DNA of 63,902 nucleotides, the filler included. It is 11 parts of 11 records of this genome, joined end to end, with 100 filler letters (N's around TTAATTAATTAA, not from the genome) between each part and the next. Parts side by side here need not be neighbours in the genome. Positions count along the whole stretch, not along the records: positions 52,347 to 56,672 come from SRR7504441_11186; positions 56,773 to 60,424 come from SRR7504441_11188; positions 60,525 to 63,902 come from SRR7504441_11300; 8 more parts are not named here. One strand, written 5' to 3'. Shown here piece by piece: positions 54,330 to 63,902 of the stretch. The translations under genes and the position numbers were made by a program. Position 1 is the stretch's first letter. Every line of letters starts with the position of its first letter. The notes under the pieces are model-generated. The model was not told where the DNA came from and did no database searches. It worked only from the letters and a program-made list of their open reading frames with translations.

Positions 54330-56362
54330 ATGGTGGCAGCACTGTTTAGGCTCAGCCGGTGGCTGGCGCCGTCGGTGGCGGCGGGCGGGCTGGCGGTGAG
54401 CTGCGGGCGTCCATTGTTGGGCAAGGCGGAGCACAATACGATCCGGCCGGACCGGCCGCCGGAGCCGAGCTTCGACAAGCCGGAGCTGCCAGTCTTCACC
54501 CGGGCCCAGGCGACCGTTCCGTTGCGCCCGGCGAGCTCGAGGGGCCAGGTCGCCGAGCACAGCACTGCGGCCGACCGGATCTGGGTGACCTACAAACAGG
54601 GTGGCGCGCCGGCCCGCCCCTGCCGATCGGCCGGCAGGCGTGTTTGACATCACCGATTTCGTGGCCAGCCACCCGGGCGGGAACAAGATCTTGCTGGCGG
54701 CCGGCAAGGCGGTGGACCCGTTCTGGCGGGTGTACCAGCAGCACTTGAATTCGCCGCTCCCCGTCCAGCTGCTCCAGGGCATGCAGGTGGGCCGGCTAGA
54801 CCCAGACGAGCCGCCGCTCGTGATGGACACCGCCGACCCGTTCGCGTCTGACCCGGAGCGGCACCCGGGGCTGCTCTTCCACAACACCAAGCCGTGCAAC
54901 GCCGAGCTGCCCACCGAACTGATGCTGGACAACTGGGTGACTCCGAAGGAGCTCTTCTTCATCAGACACCACCACCCGGTTCCGGTGATAGACACGGCGC
55001 AGTACCGTCTGGCAATCAGCGGGAAGGGCGTCAAGCCGATCAACATCACAATCGAGGACCTGCGCGAGCGGTTTCCAAAGACCAGCGTCACCGCCACCCT
55101 CCAGGTGCCGGCTGGTCCGGCTCTCGTGTGAGGTGCCGGTGCAGTGTGGCGGGAACCGAAGAGAGGGGCTGGCCCATGTACGCGGGCGGCCGAGCACTGT
55201 GGGGATCCAGTGGGGCTGCGGGGCGATTTCGACGGCCACCTGGAGCGGGGTGCTGCTCCGGGACGTGCTCATGTACTCCGGGCTGCTCACACCAGACTCG
55301 GCTGTGAGGCTGGGTGTCCAGCACGTCCAGTTTGAGGGCGCCGAAGGGCTGCAGGCCAGCATACCGGTTGAGAAGGCCCTCCGCTGCTGACCACTGCTCA
55401 CGCCCGTGCAGGCGCTCAGTCCGTACGGAGACGTGTTGCTCGCGTATGAGATGAATGGCGAGGTGCTGCACTTGGCGGCCAGCTCGAGGTGCCGGGCAGG
55501 AACTGCCGCCGGAGCACGGGTTTCCGGTGAGGGTTGTGGTGCCGGGACACGTCGGGGTGCGGAACGTAAAGTGGGTGACAAAGATCACCACCTCGAACGA
55601 AGAGGCGGAAGGCCCGTGGCAGCGAGGGATAGGTGCACTGCCTCACCCCACCCTCACACCAGCTGGGCAGCTTACAAGGGCTTCGGGCCGTCCGTGACTC
55701 AGGACAGCTTGCATGGGATCGACGTCGAGAAGGCGCCCGGGCTTGCCCACTGTTGGTGCTATCTGAGTCAGGTGCTGTCTGTGCAAGAGCAGCCTGTCAC
55801 GTCAGTGATTGTCTCGCCCAAGCCTGGTGAGACTGTCGAGATGTCTGCGCCCGAAAGGTGCCCCCTGGCCAACTGTTGGCAGGCGAGCGCGCTGGCCAGG
55901 CTGGCCCGTGGCGAGCTGGAGACGGTGGACGTGGCTGGGTATGCCTGGAGTGGGGGCGGGCGCGGGATAGTGCGGGTGGATGGTGCGTCGACGGATGGGC
56001 CTGCTGAGCCAGTGCAGTATCGTCGGATGGTGGCAACAGCTGGGTCGAGGCCACACTCAACGAGGTGCAGAGCCCCGAGCTGGCTGGTCAGGGGCCGGCA
56101 GGGCAAGGATCAGCACCCGTCTCGGGCGTGGGCCTGGACTTTCTGGGAGGCCTCTGTGCAGGTGCAGTTGCCACCCGGGTCCAAGACAGGTGATCATTTC
56201 GAGCTCAAGTGCAAAGCGACCGACGCTTCTTACAACAGTCAGCCTGAGTGGCCTGAGGCGATCTGGAATCTGCGAGGGCTCAACAACAACAGCTGGCACA
56301 CAGTCAAGGTGCTGGTAGGGCAGCCTGATTGGCTGAGCTTGTTTGGTGAAGGTAAAGCTTGA
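54330..56362 (+). CDS. SUOX: Sulfite oxidase (transit peptide + cytochrome b5 + Moco + dimerisation domain); ~9 introns (2 GC-AG)
   Basis: WVTYKQGVFDITDFVASHPGG; FFIRHHHPVP; LQCGGNRR (Mo-ligand Cys); AYEMNGE..PEHGFPVRVVVPGHVGVRNVKW; GYAWSGGGRGIVRVDVS; IWNLRGLNNNSWH. Confidence 0.93.
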
Positions 56363-56772
56363 CCTTGATGACTGACCATAGTAACGTGCCTGGCATGAGT
56401 ACCTTCTTTTGCAAGGAGCCGCTTGTGCTTCAATCGCTCCGCTTGTCATCGTACAACAAGTGACACAATTAGACACAATGCTTTTTGAAAGGGCAAGACC
56501 ACCGACAAGCATATTACATACATTAGAATGAGAACCTATAGCGATGTTATTGCGACCTGACTTGCCTAGTTGTACTAGAACCGGTATACGTACGACTCGT
56601 GCCGTGATCATGAGCGTGCCATACTGTCAGCTGACTGTACACAATCTCTGCTCGCGTCGTGAGAGTGATAAANNNNNNNNNNNNNNNNNNNNNNNNNNNN
56701 NNNNNNNNNNNNNNNNTTAATTAATTAANNNNNNNNNNNNNNNNNNNNNNNNNNNNNNNNNNNNNNNNNNNN

Positions 56773-59700
56773 ATTGTGGTGTTTGCATTCGTGGTTGTGA
56801 ATTTGTTCATTGCTGTCATCACCACTGCGTTCCAGAACATTAGGCGTCGGAGAGACAAAGAGGAGCAAATCATGCAGCTTCGACTGGGCCAACTAAAGCT
56901 TATCGAGCAGAGCAAGAAGCGTGTCGAGGAGGATCAAGTTGTCGACATAAGGAGTGAGCGAATCGTGGCTGCAACTGCAGTGGTTGGCACCTCGCCACGG
57001 GAGCAGGCAGCTATTGCTCTCTGTAGTGGGGGCTGAGGCTGGTGGCAGGTGGAGATTTTACTCGAGAGTTGCTACATGCAGCAGTATGCTCAGGCAGCTG
57101 GCTCACTATAGAGTGTTAGGATTGCCACGGCTGCATTGTCAGGATCTGAATGTGTTACAGGTGCTTCTGGAGCTGGTTGACAGCATTGAGGACATCACAA
57201 TGCTCTCTCTTGAAGACATGCAAATCAGGGGCATCAAGGCAGCCTGCAGCTGGCTGCGGCGCGATCACACTCGGCAGGTGCTGCATGCACGAAAGATATC
57301 CGAGGCAGCGATGCAGTGGACCAAAGTGCAGCCACGAGGTGTGACCGGGCAAGTGGACCCTGCAAGGTGGGCGCCACTGCAAGCACAGGGTGAGTGGCCA
57401 CAGGGCAATTGTGGATATGGATCATCTACCGGAGCACCAGCAGATTCTTTACTTTTTGAGAGAGTATAGCCTGGAGAAGTACTATCGTGAAGTCATACAT
57501 CTATGCGACACGATGCAAGACATGCGCGACTTGAACGAGAACGATTTGGCCCAAACAACCATCAAAGTGCCACACCAGCGCAAGCTGCTTCAAGCGTGTC
57601 GTGAGGCCAATCTCACTCAAGTCGACCAAGACGATCTGGTCATAATTCCGTAATCGGGGAGCACATTGGTGAGTCGTGTGTAGGTGGCACGTTCTCCTAA
57701 GCTCCGGGAGCTGATGGGAGGCGAGTCAGTCCAGATGTGGCAGAGCAGGTGCACTGGGCCATGATGTTGAGCCTGCAGAGCGCTGACGGCTGTTGTGTAG
57801 AATGATGATGCACTCTCGGTTCTGGTCGTCTGGGTGTGGCCGGTGGCTGCTGGAGGTGTGGCGGCGACAAGACCCAATGGTTGACATGGACAAGCCGCCA
57901 CCGCCAGCTGCACGAGAGAGATTTATTGGTGAACTGGGCACTTACCAATGGGATAATTGGTGGGGGCACGTGATCAGGCATACCCTCGACTGCGTTGCGG
58001 CTGACTTGTGTGGCAGTACGACCACATTCGAGGTGGCGATTCAGGTGGCAATTGTTGTGAATGTCGGGTTCATGGCCATGGATTATTATGGAGCGCCACA
58101 CGACTACAAAACCATGCTCAAGGTGCGCCAGCCTGGTCTAGATTGGTTCAGTGGTGTTGACTGGATACTCAGGTGATGGAAGTGTTTTTCTGCGTTGTAT
58201 TTGTGACTGAAATGTCCATGAAATGGCTTGGGATGGGCGGACTGCGGAACTATTTCGCACCATTCATGAACAAATTCGATTTTGTTCTCGTGATGAGCTC
58301 GATCCCTTCCGCATTGTTTATTCTCATGGGAGAGGAGTCTGCGATTCCAGCGCTGTCGCTCTTGCGTGTATTCAGGCTGTTCCGGTTGTTTCGCTTGATG
58401 CGTTCGATGAGGCAGCTCCTGGATGTGGTGGCCAGTGCAGGCGCCCCGGGCACACACTGTGGGCTGAGCAACGGGGCCAGGGATGGCAATCTCAAACCTG
58501 TTGGTGTTTATTGTGTTTAATCTGATCGTCTGGTCGATCTTCGGAATGCAGCTCTTCGCTGGGAATGTAAAGGATGCGGATGGGGAGGTCCCGAGGGCAA
58601 ACTTCAATAATTTCCCACAGAGCATGCTCTCCATGTTCCAGGTTATGACTGGAGAGGTATTAGTAGACACTAGGCCTAGCCCGGTGACCGCGAGCTCAGG
58701 ACTGGACGACAATCATGTACGACCTCATGCGTGACAACGCATTCTATGGGATGTTGTTCATGGTGCGATCCGCCGGGATATCGAGAGGCTGACCCGAGCT
58801 AGGTGCTGTTCTTCGTGGTGGCGAATTTCATCTTGATGGAGATGTTTGTTGCTGTGATTCTGGAGAATTTCCAACTGCGGTACGAGGAGAAGCTCGGGCT
58901 TCAGCAGGTGATTGTGTCACACACAATTGTCACATTGTCACATTGTGTCCAGCTTGTCTGCTGGCACTGAACACGTGCTGCCAGGCGCTGTTGACTCGTA
59001 AGATCCGGCAAGAGCAGAATGCCAAGAAGCTGGCAGACCGGTGAGCTAATATACCAGCATAGTATAGTAAACGTAGTGCAGTCTGGAAGCTGGCAGATCG
59101 ATAGGGCGCTGGCTGGTGAAGTCTGATGATCTGGCACAGGCTGGACACAGCCAAGCAAGCGGCGGCTCAGGCCAAGAAGCAGGAGGATGACAAGCGAGCG
59201 GAGGCGCAGCGCGAGGCGGAGATCCGGGCGAAGAACCTTGGTCTTGTGGACGAGGGCATGCCAGACCCAGAGCTGCAGAAGAAAAAGGAGGAGGTGCAAG
59301 CTAGGGATGTGCTGGCAGTGACTCTTGGTTGTAGGCGCTGAGGAAGAAGATGGAGGAGGAGGAAAAGAAGCTGCAAGAGACACTGAGAAAACAGGTCGGT
59401 CTAGGGCAGTACGATCACTGTGACGTGATCGGCAATCGTGGCAGGAGGAGGAGCGGTTGGCCAAGGAGGAGGCTGAGGCCGAGAGCATGGGCGGCAACGA
59501 CCTGCTCAAAGACTTTGACAGCGACGCCAACGAGGGTGTGCAGGGCGGTTTGAATCAGGCTGAAGTTGTTCCAGGAATGCTGATGGAAGAAGTCGACCCT
59601 AAGAAGAAAAAGAAAGACGACGGTGAGGAGGAGTCGGAGTTTGTCGAGAAGTCGTGCTGTATATTCAAGGAAGAATACATGATCCGGAAGATCTGCCAAT

Positions 59701-60424
59701 ATATCAATCAGCACCCTGCATTTGAGTGGTTCATCTTTGTGATCATTTTGATAGGCTCGGTCACTGCTTGCCTGTCCTTCCAGCGGTTGACAGCTGGGGC
59801 CAGATACTGCTAGCAATGGATAAGCCGTACAAGCCGGATCCAACAGTGACTGACATCATCAGCATATGTGATCCTATCTTTCTGACGATTTTCTGCCTCG
59901 AGATGACCATCAAGATCATTGCTATGGGTTTCTATGGGAAACCCACTGCATACATCAGGTATCCCCCCTTAGTTGATCCACACTATTTCTGTTTCTCGCC
60001 CCATTAAGAGCGTGCTGTAACAAACCATCACAAATATGCGGAAAGCTTCACATGCACGAGTCATATGCAAGCACAAAGCCTGACCGACCGGTGCAGTGAC
60101 ACCTGGAATCGGGTCGATTTCTTTGTGGTTGTGATGTCACTCGCGTCTGTGATGCTTACGGCTATTCCTGGCGGTCTGGTCCGCGTGCTCCGTGTTATGC
60201 GATGCATTCGGCCTCTCAGGCTGATCAACCAGAATGAGAACGTCAAGAAGGTGCTCCACTGCTGTGCCCGGGCCTGACTGGAGCCTAAAGGTGTTTGATG
60301 CTTTATTTATGAGTGCGCCGGCCATTGCGAACGTGATGTTCCTTCTATGCTTTACGCTCTTCTTGTTTTCGATCATGGGAATGGCACTTTATATGGGCAT
60401 GTTCTACAGCTGCAACATGGACGT
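56773..60424 (+). CDS. Internal fragment of a four-domain voltage-gated Ca/Na channel alpha subunit (DI-S6 to DIII-S5) with two SAM-like domains in the I-II linker; many introns
   Basis: S6 VVNLFIAVI; DII S4 LRVFRLFRLFRLMRSMRQLL and pore FQVMTGE/DWTTIMYD; DIII S4 VRVLRVMRCIRPLRLIN and YMGMFYSCN. Confidence 0.88.
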
Positions 60425-60524
60425 NNNNNNNNNNNNNNNNNNNNNNNNNNNNNNNNNNNNNNNNNNNNTTAATTAATTAANNNNNNNNNNNNNNNNNNNN
60501 NNNNNNNNNNNNNNNNNNNNNNNN

Positions 60525-63500
60525 GGGCCCTTCCCTTTCCCTCCAGCTTTGCCACCCCTTACAGGCGGGCCTTTGCCCTTGCCCTTGCCCTTGCCATCGT
60601 TTCCATCACTCCATTCCTCGTCATTCTCCTCTCCACCTGGTTGAATCTTATTCTTGATTCGATCAGCATACTTGTCTCTCAATTTCACTGCGGCTGTGCG
60701 TGCCTCTTCATCTCGTCTCCTCTGTTTTTCGATGAAAGCAGCAATCTTCGTCTTCTGTTCTTGTTCCCATTGTTGAAGCGACTTCTCCTGACTAACTCGC
60801 AGATCTCGCAAGTTCACATCAATAGTATGGAGTGTGAGCTTGTCCTGGTTCTCTAGCGAACCAGGCGGAAGGGACCAATCCTTCTCCCCTGCATGTAGGT
60901 CCCCTTCATCCCCGCGCTTGATGCTTTCCATCTGTTTCTGGGCCTCATCTGCTATCCCTTGCATATGGCTGTTTTTAACCGACATGACGTTCAGACGGTT
61001 CTTTGTGTCTTCAAGTTCCTGCTTAAGCTTCTCTACTTCTGTGGTGTCCTTCGCTTTCTTGGCAGCCTCAGTTACTTCTAGCTGAAGTGTTGCTATCTTA
61101 GCTTTCATACTGCTGCTTGCCTCAGCCAATTCCTTGTTTGCTGCCATCAATCCAGCGACCATTCCCCCAGTGCTCTCCTCTTCACTCCTTTTAATTGAAT
61201 CAGGACCTGAGCAACGCTGAGTCAAACTGGACTTAGCCCATCATAAAGGCTTTTGGCACCGCGTGCTGCAGCTAGCTTGAGCATCAGTGCAAAGCGGCTG
61301 CGGCGCTCTTGTCGGAGAGTAGCATCTGCCCATGCCTGCACATGCAACTATCAATTTTTCTGGACAACGGGCAGTGGCCTGCTGAGCCTTGAGCTGTGTC
61401 TGGAGTTTGGCGAGTTCTGCTTCGAGCCCAGTCGTACACAAGTTGACTAGTTGCTGCACCTAACCCAGGCTTGGGCAAGGCCCCTGTTCGCTGCACCAGC
61501 ATACCTGTTGCATGGCTGGATCGATGTTGTTGTGGTCAAGATCCCTCAGCTCTTCTTTCAGTTCTCTAGTAAGCACAGCAACCTGAGACACGCTCTTGAG
61601 CGGCATCTTGTCAAGTCCTTGGATTGAGAGCTGCTTGGACAGGAGATCCATGTCAGCTTGGGCTTGCTTGTGGTACCGTGAGATCCGGGCGAGTAGCTTG
61701 AGGTATAGCTCGGGCGGACTCCCGAGGTGCAGCTGGATCATTTGCCCGAACACCACAGCCAGCTCAAGCTGCTCAAACTCTGGTCACCAACCCAGTCAGT
61801 CGCTAGCCCAATACGCGCAGCTCACCTGCTCGGGAAACAAGCCGTTGCTCCAACATTAGAATTGGGCGGTCTTGACCAGGGGCTATCAGGCAGTTGATCA
61901 GCTGGATGCATGCGCACTTTGATGCCAGGTTCCGGCCTGGATTGGCCTCAAGGTGCTTCACCAGCCGGTAGTAGTGTGGCTGGTCTTCCTCATCCGCAAA
62001 CTTCTTGAACGCAGTCGACACACTCGCGTGCCCATCCACATCATCGCTGCTTATCACACACAGCAGTAGTAGGACGTACCGGCTGAGCTCGGCCTGCTCA
62101 ATTGGGCCCTCTTGCTCGTGCGCCTCATGCTCCTGGATGAGCAACACACGGCAACTGTGCACAAGCGCCTCCACAGCAGATGCATGGATAGGATCGCGCA
62201 GGTAGCTGAGTGCCTGGTCCGAGAGGGTGGCAAGTTCGTACAGGCACATGACCAGACCTACCAGCAGCGCTGCGTCCTGCTCATCGTCCTGTCCATCGTC
62301 GGCAAGCTGATCAATCTGCTCTAAGTTGGTCACAAGCAGGTCCAGTACCCCGAGTGCGATCAAGTCTGAGAGCCAAAACTCGTCCTCTAGCGCGATGGCT
62401 TCTGCCAGTGACTCTAGCAGCTCAAGCCCAATCCCTCGCCGCATCTGCTTGGCGTACCAGCTCGGAAGTCTTGGCTGGTAGCAATGCTCCTGTTTGGCGA
62501 TTGACTCGCGCTCCTGCTCTGTCACCTGCTCCTGACCGACCTCCAGCTCTTCCATCCCGAGACACATCATCTCGGCCTGCTGCAAAGCCTGACCCAGAGC
62601 ATCGGTCGGGGTTGTCGGTTGCCATTCATCAAGCGTCAGCCGGTCTGTCGAATGCAACTCCAGTGCAACAGAGCCATTCAGCGCCATGTGCTGAGTGCGG
62701 ACGTTGGTAAGCTGCACCCTGAGCCCATCTCGCTCCCTTTCGAGCATCACCTGCGCCTGCGCCCACACTCAGACTCAGGCCTATGATTGAGCTACCTTCA
62801 GTGCCAGCGACCGCTCCGTCTCGATCGCTTTCTTGGCAGCCACCAGTTGCCGGCGTATGCTATCGTTTTGCTCCCTGACTGCTCGCAGCTCAGCCGCCAT
62901 AGTGTGGTGCGCTTGCTGGATTTGGGCATTCGGGCCAGTCTTGAGCCGTTCGCCTGCCTGCGCAAGCAGCTGGGCCGATACAGCGCTTGAATCCACCGGG
63001 GCCAGAACTTTCGGAGCTACCCTGCGCTGCTGGACTACCCTATGCACCGCCAGTGCTTCCTTGCGATCCTTGGACTTGTCTGGTGTCGGGAGTGCTCGGG
63101 TGTTCTCTGGTGGCGGAGCTAGGTTGGTCGGCTGGCTATCTGTGAGGCCCAGCTTAAGGCGCTGCTGGTCCGCCGGCTGCCATCGACTGGGAAGCGCCCC
63201 GGTCGGCTCCCCGTCGGATCCGGCCAGCTCTTCCTCCGGCAGCTCCTCCGACTGTTGGCCCGGACCCAGCGATATCTCTCGAATCAGCCAGCGCTTGTGA
63301 GCGTGGGAGAGCGAATTCCAGTCGGATCCGAAACTGTCCGGCCGTGAGGCGCCCAACCGGCACCGACCGCACCATTCACAGGCCTGCTTGATGGTGAGCG
63401 GCCGACCCGGGCCATAACCGGCGGTTCGACAGGCCTCCAGGATTCGCCGGGCCAAGCTCGGCCTAGCCCCACGCCCAATCAGACCGTGGCCGGCTGTCGT

Positions 63501-63679
63501 CGTTGTTACCGCTGGGCGATGCTGAGTCGGCCGGGAGCGAGCGCCTGCACGGCCCAGTGGGCTGGGCGCCAGCTGGGCTCGGACACCTGATCGCCAGAGG
63601 CGCTGGGCCGGTCATCGAGAGAAGCTTGCCACCAGACCCCGCGCACCAGCGCAGCTGATTCGGCACTCTGAAGTGGCAT
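60525..63679 (-). CDS. Formin-like protein N-terminal half (GBD/FH3 armadillo region, coiled coil, possible start of FH1); 3' truncated
   Basis: LESLAEAI...FWLSDLIALGVLDLL...VMCLYEL...LLLLCVIS..DGHASVSTAF...YYRLVKHL...ACIQLINCLI matches the diaphanous-type GBD/FH3 pattern; the fragment ends KGKGPPVRGGK. Confidence 0.65.
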
Positions 63680-63902
63680 CGGGCTCACTCAGCCCCAAGA
63701 CTGCAGTCCATGCGGCGAGATCCCGGCGAAGGGCCGTGCATGCATTGCTCACAATCGAATGCTTGCTGGCTTCCCATAAATTACGAGTAATAAATATCTA
63801 CGTACAGTAGATCTACTAGGGATCCCTACCAGGTACCGTACTGTACGAAGTTTGTACCAGGTACTATGTAGGGACCGTAGGGTCAAGCGTAGGGTAGATC
63901 TA

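Noticed and set aside
149-60424. Introner (transposon-derived) intron family
   Set aside because: No shared internal sequence, terminal inverted repeats or constant-length TSD seen among introns by eye. A very old family cannot be excluded without clustering.
8315-60524. Repeated TTAATTAATTAA flanked by Ns as a biological repeat or CRISPR-like array
   Set aside because: Fixed 100-nt all-frame-stop assembly linker; adjacency across it carries no biological meaning.
110-63679. Stop-codon reassignment, programmed frameshifting or pseudogenisation to explain the fragmented ORFs
   Set aside because: Breaks examined in conserved genes are resolved by short GT/GC-AG introns, and TAA, TAG and TGA all terminate intact genes.
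1-63902. rRNA, tRNA, CRISPR arrays, prokaryotic operons or defence systems
   Set aside because: None recognised; content is eukaryotic protein-coding genes with spliceosomal introns.

Overview
Eukaryotic draft or metagenome-assembled sequence from a GC-rich, gene-dense protist, probably flagellated; the lineage cannot be assigned from this window. It consists of 11 contigs joined by artificial 100-nt N44-TTAATTAATTAA-N44 spacers. About 32 protein genes or fragments can be rebuilt by hand with the standard code once ~90 tiny spliceosomal introns (mostly 35-49 nt) are removed. They include two CH-domain paralogues, PhLP3/TXNDC9, a double family III CoA-transferase, an eIF4E-family protein, an FHA-RING-PARP-ZnF ligase, nitronate monooxygenase, vWA, MET2, AKR, a CBL/NCS EF-hand protein, HYKK, kinesin, BMT5-like, DHHC-EF, DHQ synthase, DHX57-like, Sfi1-like, calpain, centrin, sulfite oxidase, a 4-domain voltage-gated channel and a formin. 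The most striking signal is in the introns. They do not resemble each other, but many contain a decayed copy of their own neighbouring exon sequence ('echo introns'), suggesting mass intron creation by local tandem duplication or templated insertion rather than by a transposon. About a quarter use GC donors, always in AG|GC context. Other notable points are 60-160 bp bidirectional promoters with YAACGG motifs and several unusual domain architectures. All gene models, alignments and counts are manual, with no transcript or database support.
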